Of a stretch of DNA of 40,267 nucleotides, positions 1-12,158 are shown piece after piece. The DNA is taken from the NCBI RefSeq assembly GCF_001194135.2, contig NC_068982.1:79636453-79676719 (forward strand). Direction: 5' to 3'. Both the position numbers and the translations under genes were made by a program. How positions within the stretch are numbered: position 1 is the first letter of the stretch; each line of letters starts with the position of its first letter. This DNA comes from Octopus bimaculoides (taxonomy: Eukaryota). The notes below the pieces were generated by a model, which worked only from the letters and a program-made list of their open reading frames with translations, ran no database searches and was not told the DNA's origin.

Positions 1-324
1 GTGATTTCTGCAATGTGGTGCATAAATTGTCAAGTAAATGAGACGCATCTTTGCCTCCACTGATTCACTTGCAAAGTGTTGAGTAAAATTATTTCGTTGC
101 AGACCTCCTTTGAGTTTTTTTATTATCACTGTGACACATAGTCCCCAGTTGGTAACATTGATTTCAAGGCCTTCCCAGATGAGAGACTGGCATTCCACTT
201 AATGTCTATGTTCCATGCTGGCATGAATTGGAGAGGTATTAATGTAGAAATATGGTATCGTAGCTACTAACAGTTGAGGGTTGCGTAGTCTAGACGGCGT
301 TTTTAGATTTCATTATTCTCTTTA

Positions 325-353
325 ACCCGGGCAAAGCCGGGTATTTCTGCTAG
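325..353 (+). mobile_element. Helitron-type 3' terminus (GC hairpin followed by CTAG and a host T)
   Basis: ACCCGG-gcaaag-CCGGGT stem-loop (325-342), then atttctg, then CTAG (350-353), then T. This is the canonical Helitron 3' signature. No 5' TC end was identified. Confidence 0.6.
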
Positions 354-1471
354 TATATAATATAATTAAGATTCAGTTGAATTAGATACTTAAATTGTGA
401 TCCTTGTCAGGTGAGTATATTCCACAGCCCAAACAATATTACATGAATATTGAATATCAACGTGTGCATAAAAATATATTGGGTGAGTATTATTGCATAA
501 TACGCACACGTTGATGATGACTGCCAGTCGATTTCGAGTGATAACAGCGCTGGATTGTTCTCTTAAAGCAGCATGGATTTGGATTTACAATCCTGCAAGG
601 AACCTGCAGTCTTTTGTACAGACGTGGGAACGATGGTCGCCTCTTGCGTCAGGTGTTCAGGGAGCTCGTTACTCACTCTGACATATGTCTTTATTCCATC
701 ATGAATCTTTTTCATTGAATGTCTCATCTTTTTCAGCCCCAGTCAGCCTTTGCATGCAACACACAATAGAGATGTTAAAAGCTTAAGCAATGCCTGTGTC
801 TGGAGTTTTTTTTAAATGAGGAATGTCCTTGCACTGGGCCAATTGCATTCTTTAAACAACCTATGCATTTGCCCTCACAAAACTTGTCTACACCACTGGA
901 TGCAAACAAAGTCACTAGTGCCACATTAGAGTTTATCACTTCCTAGAAAGCTGCCTAAACTTATCTCTTCAAAATCTCATTTAAAAATATATACTTTTTT
1001 CAAAAAGTTATATCATTACCTGCTCCCACGCTCTTACGTACACTCATCCACACCTCGTATGTCAATCCACCCTCTACCGCGTTCTTACTCTTTCACTTAT
1101 TCCCGCTCTATACTATGTAGAGGATATCACCCAACCAACCGACCAACCAACCATAATTTATATCACCAGCTTTTATTATTCTATAGAGATGGATGCAGAG
1201 GAGACTTTGACCTTTTCTGTGTGATAATAGAGAAGGTGAAGGTTTGTTAATGTATCGACTTTACTGATTACCTCTTTTGACTCAATCATGTTTGATTTAT
1301 CAACTGGCGTTCATCGAAGTCTCTTCATTTTATTATTAAATGAAAGATATTTATCAAGCTGAATTATATTCCGGCTATTTCCTAAATGTGTCACCTCCCA
1401 TCCAAGATAAACTTGTTAATAATACATTCTACCTCGTTTATTGCCGTCTATCTGGCTACAATATGATAATT

Positions 1472-1602
1472 TACACACACACACACATATGTGTGTGTGT
1501 ATGTGTGTGTATACATACATACATTATATATATATATATGTATGTATGTGTATATATAGATGTGTATGTATACATACATATATATATGAAATATATCTAT
1601 CT

Positions 1603-1652
<50 letters not shown>

Positions 1653-1698
1653 ACACATATATCTACGTGTGTGTTTGCGTGCATGTACGTGTGTATGT

Positions 1699-1737
<39 letters not shown>

Positions 1738-2049
1738 TGTAGATATGTGTGTATATGTATATGAATACATACACAAGATTTTGCTTCAACAATGGGCTGT
1801 CTACGTCGAATTTTCTTCTGGTAAAATCTGTATATATGTACGTATGTGTGTGTCGGTGACAGAGGGGAAGGGCACGGTATTTTTGTGCGAATATATATGT
1901 ATGTAAATACATCTAAATGAATACATACTGCAAACAGATTAGTAGGCATGTATGAATGTATGCACACACACATACACACACACACACACATATATATATA
2001 TACTCACACAACATATTTTTATGTATATATACATTTTATGTATATGTAT

Positions 2050-2098
<49 letters not shown>

Positions 2099-2300
2099 AT
2101 ATTCATAATATGTGTGTGGGCGTGCGCGTGAGCGTGTATGGGTGTCTGNNNNNNNNNNNNNNNNNNNNNNNNNNNNNNNNNNNNNNNNNNNNNNNNNNNN
2201 NNNNNNNNNNNNNNNNNNNNNNNNNNNNNNNNNNNNNNNNNNNNNNNNNNNNNNNNNNNNNNNNNNNNNNNNNNNNNNNNNATAATACATATACATATAC

Positions 2301-2373
<73 letters not shown>

Positions 2374-2440
2374 ATATTCATAATATGTGTGTGGGCGTGC
2401 GCGTGAGCGTGTATGGGTGTCTGTGTTTCGTGTGTATGTG
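1472..2440. repeat. Compound (CA/TG)n-(TA)n microsatellite region containing an assembly gap (2149-2281)
   Basis: Direct inspection; explains the HT/CV/YI ORFs. Confidence 0.95.
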
Positions 2441-2969
2441 TGAGTGTGTCTGATAGCTGAATAAGCAATACTTTTATATGTTAGTACAGAGACTCTACCA
2501 AATGTTCGAATGCAAGTTTTTCGTATCCTAACAGTGTCTGGCAGCATACAAAGAGAGAAGCTTTTCTGGCAGTGTCACAAAGAACTCACCCCTAATTTTT
2601 CACTCTTTTGAATACAACAGAAGGACAAATATTAGCAGATAATGATTATTTTTAGCTGAGGCTAATCGAATGCTCCTAAACAATCGACGATTTCTGGATC
2701 TGGTACTCCAGAGAAACTTCATATAAATTAATCTCCGTCCGTGTTTAAATGCGTGAGTCTTCTATTAAGTACGAAACTGTCTAAATGTGACTGTTTTGAA
2801 AACTTCAGCAAGGAACTGCTTGGTATGCCAAATGAAGCCCGGTTAAATAGACATTAACCAAACAGATCATATAATAGAATTTCTCATATACAGAAGGAAT
2901 CTTTTACTAAACTGATTTTTATGAAATCTAGGTTTGCACACCAACCTACTTTTTTAAAGATATTCTTCT

Positions 2970-3486
2970 AGTGTGTATGTGTGTGTGTTTGTGAGAAAGA
3001 GATAGAGTGAGAAAGAGAGATAGAAAGTGTGCGTGAGTCTGTATCAGAGAGAAAGAAGGAGAGAGGAAGTGTGTGTGTGCGTGTGTGAGAGAAAGAGAGG
3101 GAGGGAGGGAGAGAAAAAGAGAGAAAAGGAGAAAGAAAGGGTGTGTTTGTGTGAGCGTGTGTTGTGTATGTATGTATGCACGTATGTATGTATGTATGTA
3201 TGTATCTATGTATGTAAGTATAACTAGAAGAAAGACTAGCTCTCATATTTTTCTACTAATTTATGTAATATGTATATTTTTTCATGTTTTCACATATAGA
3301 ACTGTGCAATGTACCCTTGATGTAAGCTGCTTAGGTTTAATATGGAACGAATTAAGTTAGGGTTACGGTGGCTTTTGTAAAAGTGGTCTTTAACTGATAT
3401 GTGTGTGAGTGTATGCGTGCGTATATGTTCGTGTGCGTGTGGGTGCTACACATATCTGTATGTGTATCTATCTATTCATCTTTCTG

Positions 3487-3522
<36 letters not shown>
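2970..3522. repeat. Low-complexity (GA), (TG), (ATGT)n and (TCTA)n tracts
   Basis: Direct inspection. Confidence 0.85.
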
Positions 3523-3523
<1 letters not shown>

Positions 3524-5140
3524 TTTTTGACATGACACATTTTCAGCTTGGTCGGACTTGTTTGATGCACGACACCCTAATATAACCTTCCAGGCAACGG
3601 GAAAAAAAGGAGCCTACCCCCGTAATTTTGTTTCATTCCTCTTTCACTGTGAAACTCCGATAATATTCATTTTTGTAAAAAGCAGTCCGTCATGAGCAAT
3701 AGAAGCAGCATTGAATTAAATAGCCACCCGTGTATCATATTCAATACAAATACATCTGTGAAAGCTATATTAACTGTGGTAATCACCATGAGATAATATC
3801 TTTCATGGACGTACTGTGTTTTAATAGCATAAATATATCAATAGAAGAGGACAATTCCGCAGTAGCAGCGGTGAAAGTGCTAGATGCACATTTTCCGGAC
3901 TAACGCCGTAGTTAATTTGCCTCTCTACAATATATTTATTTGCATTAAGTATTCTTGATGAAGTATTATCACTAATTGATTAATTGCGATAATTTTATCT
4001 TATGATGGAGGTTTGATGCAGTGAACCAATATGCTAAAAATCGCTGTTAAATTCGCCTGTATTCGTCTTCTTTTGTTTTACATATCAACCAATACTAATA
4101 GATTTCACACAATCACACACTCTCTCATTACACAAGAACAACTTCACAAACAAAAACAATAACAGTAACACACAAAGTACATAACAACAAGACAAACAAC
4201 ACAAAAGATATCAACAATTACAATAGGAGAATATGAAAATACACTTGTATGACTTTTACCAAAATGGGAGTGATAAAGAAGTGAATAGATTTTATGCCCG
4301 AGACAGAAAGTAAACATCACAGACTGAAAAGAGATGACAATCACTTTGAATCTCTAAATATAGACCACACAGTTTTAGAAATATATTCAAATTTGGATTG
4401 TTGAGAATTTATTACTTATTTTAGATTGGTCGGGGAGGTGTTGCTGTAGCTTTTTGACTAAATATATATAAAGTAATTCCTACGTTCTCCATTATCGTCA
4501 GATGTCCAGGTTTTGGGAATTATTAGTGTCCATTATATTTCTATCTTTGTTGTAGATATAATAAAGTAGAACATAAAAACGAAACATATAACAAGACTCT
4601 CCTCCCACTAGACATACTGAAATATACTTATTTAAAATCTTTTTAGCGTAATACATGACTTATTTCCCTTTAAATAACTACTCCTTTCCTTTTACATAAA
4701 CAGCGCCCCAGCATGGCTGTAGCTGTGATGCTAATAACAAACTAACGAAAAAGCTAACACATATCTGAGATATACATGTAAACATAGATATACAGAGAAA
4801 ACAATCTAAATACACATATATACAGACATACATCCAGTACCCAGGATACACTTTCAGCTTCATATCTTTTATTATTGGAGGAACACGATACTTACAACCC
4901 GTCAGAGCAAAGTATGGCCGAACTTTAGTACTTGGGGAGAGAATGCATATCCTTAATTCATACACTACAAAAGTTCACGATATCTGGGACTTTGCAAGAC
5001 CTTAGAATTCAAAAGACGATGAACAAAACAAGATGCTTTCAATCACAACCTTGCTACCAAGTAGGTGGCTGGTCAAAGTTTACTCTAAATTTAAAAAGAA
5101 AAGAACACACACACGCGCGCGCACGCACACATATTCATTT

Positions 5141-5385
5141 ATTCTTTTATTCTTTTACACGTTTCAGTCAGCTGACTGCGGCCATGCTAGAGCAACGCCT
5201 TAAAAAGTTTCTAGTCGAAGAAATCGACCCCCAGGACTTATTCATTCTAACCCTAATACTTAAACTATCGGTCTGTTTTACCGAACCGCTAAGTTACAGG
5301 GACATAAATATATCAACGTCGGTTGTCAAGTGATGGGGGGGGGGATACTTGCTCAAGGTACCACGCAGTGAGACTGAACTCGGAA
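5141..5385 (-). mobile_element. tRNA-derived SINE, family A, internally deleted copy
   Basis: The minus strand reads ttccgagttcagtctcactgcgtggtaccttgagcaagt (B-box-like GTTC plus a ccttgRgcaag segment), then cttgacaaccgacgttg...cttagcggttcggt..., ending ggcgttgctctagcatggccgcagtc...tgaaacgtgtaaaagaataaaag. The same segments recur at 8711-8785, 38862-38950 and 39638-39682. Confidence 0.8.
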
Positions 5386-6285
5386 TATATATATATATTC
5401 AGTTTCTTCTGTTTCGTTCTGGTGTTAATTTTTGCGTTCCACCAGTACAATGTATTATACAAGTATGCTGCATACTTCCTCTTCTGGTTATCCATTGATG
5501 ACGGCACCATTCCAGTTATTTTACTGCTCTGAGTATCAGAAACAAGCGCTTGTAACTGGTAAAGATATATTTAATATTTGCATATATTTACCTTAATATA
5601 AATAACATTATTTAACATTCTAGTTTCCTTGCGTTTTAACAACCGTTATATTTCATTATATTATTGTCTTAAACAGGAGCCCCATAAATTCGTCTTCACG
5701 GCACCTTCATAGAATTTCTACGAGCAACATTCAGCATTCAACACGTCATGGAGGAGACATAAAAACGATGCCGATCTTTATGTTATCTAATCTCCAGTAA
5801 CAACCACATTACAACCACCAAGATTAAGCTTTATTGGTTTCTGTTGCAGAAACAAAGATGTGGGCGTACCGACAACAGCAGATATGGAAGCTTATTCACC
5901 GTAGAGAATCGAGAGGAAGGCCTCACTTTGTTTGCTGTTATGAATGACCATGTTTTACTGAAGGTCAATTGTTGGAGGTGCCTGAGTTCAGTAACAAAAT
6001 TAAAAAGATACTCGAAACATGAATTAGACGAGCACTTTGCTAAAATACTTTACACCTAAAAATGTTCTTGTTACATTTGTCAGGATATTTATTACTATCA
6101 TAACTATAATGTTCATTCCTGTAAACGGATGGAATTTTAAGTTAGTTTTTCAAATGTTACTTTCGGATACTTTAAAATATTTAGATAGTCTACTTGTCTC
6201 ACTGTATTAGCTTGTGTGTGTGTGTTTATGTGTTTGTGTGTGTGTGTGTGTGTGTGTATGTGTAGATATATGCGTGCATTTTATG

Positions 6286-6318
<33 letters not shown>

Positions 6319-6863
6319 GAGTGAGAGAGCAGTGCATGCCATCAAAGTGACACTGGGGTAAAATATACGAAGCCCAGTATACCCATCATCACTACCTGTC
6401 TAAGGGTACACCAGGCACATGCATCACAACCATATGTGCGCGACATGGTGATCTCATATCAATATAAACAGCGAATGACCTTGCAGGTGGGGCCCAGTTA
6501 GAATTTTTTTCAGGCTGAATAGCCCATCCTGCTCAAACGGTCACTGAATAAGGTTTGTTTAAGAATGTTGAGCAAAACACCCATGTTTCCAAAGATGAAT
6601 TATTCAAACACCAAAGAATTCGTCACACATGGCTATAATGCTCCCTCACTACTTCTGCTCATGATCAGAGATGCACATACCGTCAGCCACCAAAGGTCAT
6701 GCTCAACTGGTTATGGTCAAACAACTGACAAGCAAATCTGTGGTATTAAGCAGAATATTTGTTGTAGCCCATCTTTTTATTCCAAGACAAAACAATGTAC
6801 ATGATAACACTTCCAATTAATTAAGAACAGAAGCCATGAGAGCCACTGCCTGGTACTGCATCC
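6286..6863 (-). mobile_element. Non-coding retroposon (SINE or LINE 3' region) ending in an (AAT)n tail
   Basis: About 545 bp of body abuts (ATT)11 at 6286-6318. The segment tgtacatgataacacttcca...agaagccatgagagccactgcc recurs at 8288-8345. It resembles an abundant octopus repeat from memory; family not named. Confidence 0.65.
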
Positions 6864-7476
6864 GTATTATTATTCCTAGCGGGACCCGTAAATATTTCAC
6901 GAAATTGATAGGAAGCCTAATGGGTTATTCCTGAAAACGTTATCCAAAAATCCTGAAAGCGTAGCTTGTGTTGTGTCTATATCAAAAGATAGTTGGTCAA
7001 CTGTTATTCATTGAAAAGTGAAGGAAAATAGAATACGATGATTACGTAATGTACTCCATATATATACTTTATATACTTTAATTATAATTTTATAGACTTT
7101 ATGCATAACACTCATGGAATAAATAGTCGCTCTTACTTTTCCATTTTTCTCATAACAAATGATATTTTAAAATTTACATGGTCACAATTTCATAACTGGA
7201 AAACAAAGATTTTAAAGTTAAAAAAAATTATTTTATATGTAAAATATTGGGGTCAAAATTTCACAGGGGTGTACATTCCAGATCCTATACTCTGAAAATC
7301 ACATCGTTGGTAACATATAAGCCAAGACGATGGGTCAGGGCCAATACACATTTCAATTTCTAGGGGATATTAAAATTTTAGTTCAATTAAAATAAAAAGA
7401 TATTACTGCTCACTATGCACTCACCATCGCCACATCCACCATAACGACCACCATCACAATCATTTCTCTCTCTATC

Positions 7477-7594
<118 letters not shown>

Positions 7595-8287
7595 CTTTCT
7601 TTAATCTCAACATCAGAACGTCACTCCTCTGCTAAAAATATATTCCTAACACTCCTCTATATCACTAACTTCAACTAACTTTTTTTAAACCACGTAATAA
7701 ATATTACGTTCCCCCTACCTCGTGTCATGGACGCTTCTCTCTCCGTCTTTTCTCTCACACTCTTTACCTTTCTCCCTCTTTTACTCTAATAGCGTGAAAG
7801 CGTCACCTACGGGCTAAGTAACGACAAGCAGAATACTTATAAGATAATTTTGATGAAAACGCTCAGCTTATTTTGCTGGTTATGATGGAAAGTGTCAGCT
7901 GTCCACAGCCAGTAGATTAAGGTGACACTTGTTTATTGATCATGCTTCAAAACACTGCAAAGAACTCTTGCAATTCCAGACAATAATGATTTTGTAGATG
8001 TTTTATCTTTATATTTGTACCTGTCTTTTTGAGTCACTTTGTTAGATGAGAGCTGATATTTCTCAGCGCGCCAACCACTATTGATATCATGACCACTCTC
8101 TTTATTGGCCACAACCCGCGTATTTCTCACTTCACTTCGTCTAGTTGTTTATTTTTACTTCTACTCTTTCTTCGCTCTTGTCACCCAGACATGCTATGTC
8201 CACTATCGTGCACGTCATTTTCTTTGTTGTTTGTGTGTTTCCTTCTTCCTTTCTTCTTCTTTCTTTTACTTCTAATANNNNNNNNNN

Positions 8288-8370
8288 TGTACATGATAAC
8301 ACTTCCAAACAATTATGATCAGAAGACATGAGAGCCACTGCCTTTTCCTGCATCAAGGCATAACCACTGC
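8288..8370 (-). repeat. Second fragment of the 6286-6863 repeat family
   Basis: Near-identical to about 6796-6860; starts right after a 10-N gap. Confidence 0.8.
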
Positions 8371-8371
8371 C

Positions 8372-8646
8372 TATTATTACCTTTGCCCAGCTTCTAACGC
8401 TGGAGATGTACTGCGGTGTCAGCTGTTCACTACTAGAGAACTAAGGTAATACCTCTTATTTTTCGAGCACCTTCTGGAGTATTCGAGCAGTTCCAAGCTG
8501 TGCTGTTTTCTGCAAGTGCTTCACCCTTATTGCAGCCTCTATTTGTTCCACGTACTTCTCGAGATTTTTGCTCACTGTTCCCAGGGCTCCGACAATTATT
8601 GGTACTACCACCACCTTTTTCATCGACCACAACTGCTTTAACTTCC

Positions 8647-8648
<2 letters not shown>
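8372..8648 (-). mobile_element. 5'-truncated R4/Dong-like non-LTR retrotransposon (C-terminus of a restriction-like-endonuclease ORF plus 3' UTR)
   Basis: Minus 8648-8456 translates, with one frameshift near the start, as ..KQLWSMKKVVVVPIIVGALGTVSKNLEKYVEQIEAAIRVKHLQKTAQLGTARILQKVLEK*. The VPIIVGALG and LQKTAxLGTARIL motifs are typical of R4/Dong-clade ORF ends. About 75 nt of UTR follows, then TAATAATA (8372-8379). Confidence 0.8.

Positions 8649-8710
<62 letters not shown>
8648..8710. repeat. (ATT)n microsatellite, likely the tail of the adjacent SINE
   Basis: Direct inspection. Confidence 0.95.
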
Positions 8711-8785
8711 TCAATCATTAGACTGCGGCCATGCTGGGGCACCGCCTCGAAGAACTGAAGTCGAACAAATAGACCCCAGTACTAT
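8711..8785 (-). mobile_element. SINE family A 3' tail fragment
   Basis: gactgcggccatgctggggcaccgcc...gtcgaacaaatagaccccag matches 5170-5235. Confidence 0.75.
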
Positions 8786-8924
8786 TTTAAATCTTTTTTT
8801 TTAATATTTGATAAAAAAAATCAGTGCGTATAATAAAACGATGTAATATTTGTACAATAAGGTGAAGCGACAGAATAGTTACCCTACCGGACAAAATAGT
8901 ACCATTTCTTGCAACTTTACGTCC

Positions 8925-9063
8925 TATGCCACCGGAATCGACTTTGCGTTTCAATCTTTCAGGGGTCGATAAAACGAGTACCAGATGAGCGCTGAGGTCG
9001 ATATAAACGACTTAACTCCTCCCACGAAACTACTGGCCTTCTACTCATGTTTGAAACCAATAT
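8925..9063 (+). mobile_element. tRNA-derived SINE, family B, 3' portion
   Basis: cgactttgcgtttcaatctttcaggggtcgataaaacgagtaccag...ggtcgat...cgac...ggcc...tttgaaaccaat; homologous to the 9484-9698 and 12159-12376 copies. Confidence 0.75.
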
Positions 9064-9483
9064 TTCTGCAATAACGTAAGAAATTGCAACAATATATTTA
9101 CACACACACTAATATATGTGCTTGTGTGTGTGTATGTATATATATATATTTATGTATGTATGTATGTATGTATGTATGTATACAGAAAGAAAGCATTAAG
9201 AATATTTTAAAACTCCACAGTTTTTTTTAAAGATATCTTTTACGAAATTATAAGAGGAAACGGATATTATAATTAACATTTATAAAATAAGTGTATATTA
9301 TTACATAGTAAATATTATTTTAAAACTTTATAAAAGTTTCAAAAATATTTAAAAATTCATAAATATTTTAATAGAAGTCTTAATAAGTTTTAGTCTATGC
9401 GATGTTTAAACAAGGGGAAATATTTCAACATGATTTTCGTAGACTGAAATAAGTAAGCGAACACATTTAGAATAGGTTATAGA

Positions 9484-9698
9484 CATTGGTTTCAAATTTT
9501 GGCACAAGGCTAGCAATGTCGGGGGAGGGTTAAATCGAATACATTGACCCCAGCGCTCCTCTGGTACTTATTTTATGAACCTCGGAAGGATGAAAGACAA
9601 AGTCGACCTTGGTGGAATTTGAGGTCAGAACGTAAAGACGGACGAAATGCAGTTGAGCATTTCGCCCGGCATGTTAACATTTTTGCCAGCTCACCACC
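9484..9698 (-). mobile_element. tRNA-derived SINE, family B, near full length
   Basis: The minus strand starts ggtggtgagctggcaaaaatgttaac (A-box-like), has ttctgacctcaaattcc (B-box position), the central gtcgactttgtctttcatccttccgagg...ataagtaccag, and the tail ccttgtgccaaaatttgaaaccaat. Confidence 0.85.
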
Positions 9699-10309
9699 AT
9701 AAAAATAGATTATATATATTAACAATTATAAACCATTCAGTTTTTTTTTGGCTGTGTTTGGCGTGCTCCTTATCCAGGAGTAGAAGGTTCTTGGATCATT
9801 TTGGAAAGAAGGTATCCAGGATGGATTGTCATGGTCTGGACAGTCTAAAAGTAGCAGAAAGATTTTTTTGTATATAAATCACTTGCTGATTCATGAATTA
9901 TGGAAGGGGGTGGTATTAGAAGGCAGCAAATGGACTCTGATCAATTGAAACGCCTGTGACATTTGGTCGACGAGGGTAGGCGGGTATAGGGCAGTATTGT
10001 TTTACATATATGCAGCTATACATATAATTATGTGTTTAGATATGTGCATATATACCTATATCCTAAACATTTCGAAGGATTTGCATATTTTGACAGTTCC
10101 ATTGATGGCTGGTATATGTAGTCTTCTAATTAGCTTTTTCCTGTTTGGTTTTGAAAAGATTGGTTACGAGGTAGTTGATTACATATAAAAGTACTCCTGT
10201 AATTACTTGTATAAATCTAAACTTGTAGTCTGGCTGGAGTACCTGTAGATTTCCCGATAGTTCTGTACGTGTGTATATATGTCTGTAATTATTCATGTAT
10301 GTATCTATC

Positions 10310-10310
10310 C

Positions 10311-10343
<33 letters not shown>

Positions 10344-10824
10344 CTGCGCCCGCATGGGCGTGTATGTATATATAATGTATCTATAAAGTATAAATACACA
10401 CACACACAAACATACAAGCATATATTTAATATATGCATATGCATATACATCCATATATATGTGTGACAGCGTATGAGAGAGAAACTGAAATATATTATAT
10501 GTATATCGAGAGAAAAGGATTGAGGTGTGGGTGTGAGGAATCGACAAATACAAAGAAAAAGGAGATGGCGAGTGAGTACAAGAGAATTATCGTCCGTCTG
10601 AGTAAGAGATAAAGTTGGAGAGACATGAAGACAATATAGCAACACCTGAGGCTCCATTATACAAAATTGATTACCTTCATTCTTACGTCGAACGTCTGTG
10701 CATCTTTAGAAGCGGAGTAATATAATTAAATGGCGTTACTTCCGGTATGAATGATAACAATAACGAAGGCATAATAGATGCTGAGTGCTTTTTCCATGTA
10801 TTCATATGTCTGTTTAATGATGTG

Positions 10825-10863
<39 letters not shown>

Positions 10864-11042
10864 ATGTGTGTGTGTGTGTATGTGTGTGTACATACATGTG
10901 TGTATGTGCATGTATATATATATTATATGCATGCATGTGTATATACTCGTTGTACATTTACATATAAATATATGTGTTTATGTAAATAGAGTCTAAGACT
11001 AAAAGTGAGAGTTTGGAATAGGTTTTGTGAATGCAAGCAAAT

Positions 11043-11073
<31 letters not shown>

Positions 11074-11435
11074 TGTACTCACCCATGACTATTTATACAT
11101 GTTCACTTACGTTTATAAAACTGCGCGAATGCAGAATCCCGCGTGCATACGCAGATGTATAATATACATATAATCCGGGGTAGTATAATTATGTTTGTAT
11201 GTGTTTGCTGTCTGTAGACATATACATGTATGTGTGTGTATATATATAGGATATGCATACACACATAATGTTTATCTATTTATCTATCTGTACACATACA
11301 CACACACACACACATATATTTACATATACATATATATATGTTTATATGGATGTGTATATGTATATGTATGTATGTATGTGTGTATATATGTGTATGTATA
11401 TATGTGTATGTATATATGTGTATGTATATATATAT

Positions 11436-11472
<37 letters not shown>
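10310..11472. repeat. Clustered (TG), (TA), (CA) and (GA) microsatellites
   Basis: Tracts at about 10310-10470, 10820-10990, 11040-11080 and 11195-11472. Confidence 0.9.
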
Positions 11473-11476
<4 letters not shown>

Positions 11477-11545
11477 GGGTCGATAAAATACAGTACCTTG
11501 AAAATTACTAGTCATATGCTGAAATCAGAAAGCATCATCTGAAAA

Positions 11546-11750
11546 CGGTTAGCTGACAGAATCGTTTGAGCGTTGAAGAAAACTCATTACAGAATTTGTT
11601 CCGGCTCTTTACACTCTGAGTTTGAATCTAGTCAAGGAACACTTTGCCATTCATTCTTTCGGTGGCGATAAAATAAAGTAGCAGTCAAATACTCTTTGGT
11701 TACTTCTGATCGTCTTTTTCGAGTTGAAATTGGCAGGAAAGGTGAAAATG
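11546..11750 (+). mobile_element. tRNA-derived SINE, family B, diverged copy
   Basis: cggttagctgacagaatcgtt...ctctgagtttgaatct...actttgccattcattctttcggtggcgataaaataaagtagcag. Confidence 0.7.
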
Positions 11751-11751
11751 T

Positions 11752-12092
11752 AGAAGCAAGAGGCTATCCCGTAGCGAATGTATCTATACGTGGAAGAATG
11801 GGACTACTTCCAAGCATGCACCTGTAGACTGAAAAACAACAGTTGGGCGAGGGCTGGTGCCGCTGAGAGTTAGGGCGATACTGGATCTATGGGGTTCCTT
11901 CTTTTGGCCTTAATTGAAGACTTTCCTGTATCAGGAAGACTGCAGCATCCATGTGTTCACATATTCTGTACACTTATATTCCACTACTCTGCTCCCTTTC
12001 TCTCTCTTCATCTTTATGTGCAACACCCCTTAAATTTTAAACTGTCCTTGTAATGTACCCTGTGTACGATGCCCCTGTAGAAAAATAAAGAG

Positions 12093-12134
<42 letters not shown>
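11752..12134 (+). mobile_element. 5'-truncated LINE 3' end (possibly L1/Tx1-like) with AATAAA and an (ATC)n tail
   Basis: A decayed ORF end (RLSRSECIYTWKNGTTS, frameshift, SMHL* with TAG at 11825-11827), about 260 nt of UTR, AATAAA at 12084-12089, then (ATC)n at 12094-12134. The clade assignment is from memory only. Confidence 0.55.
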
Positions 12135-12158
12135 GATTATTACTATATTATTAAGATT

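Noticed and set aside
493-960. Short open frames and GTGAGT donor-like sites at about 410 and 483
   Set aside because: No acceptor-donor pair enclosing an open, recognisable frame; stops in all longer frames.
1293-1335. Minus-strand UGAAGAGACUUCGAUGAACGCC resembling a hammerhead core
   Set aside because: Lacks the core C and an intact GAAA, with no convincing stem I.
2648-2726. Acceptor followed by EANRMLLNNRRFLDLVLQRNFI*
   Set aside because: No strong donor and no recognised homology; expected by chance in 40 kb.
7933-8140. CCAAT/CpG-containing stretch and a 65-aa ORF suggesting a promoter
   Set aside because: No downstream gene structure, and the motifs are too short to support.
10680-10715. 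Minus-strand CUAAAGAUGCACAGACGUUCGACGUA, hammerhead-like spacing
   Set aside because: Needs several core changes and a 2-nt deletion in GAAA; stem I does not pair.
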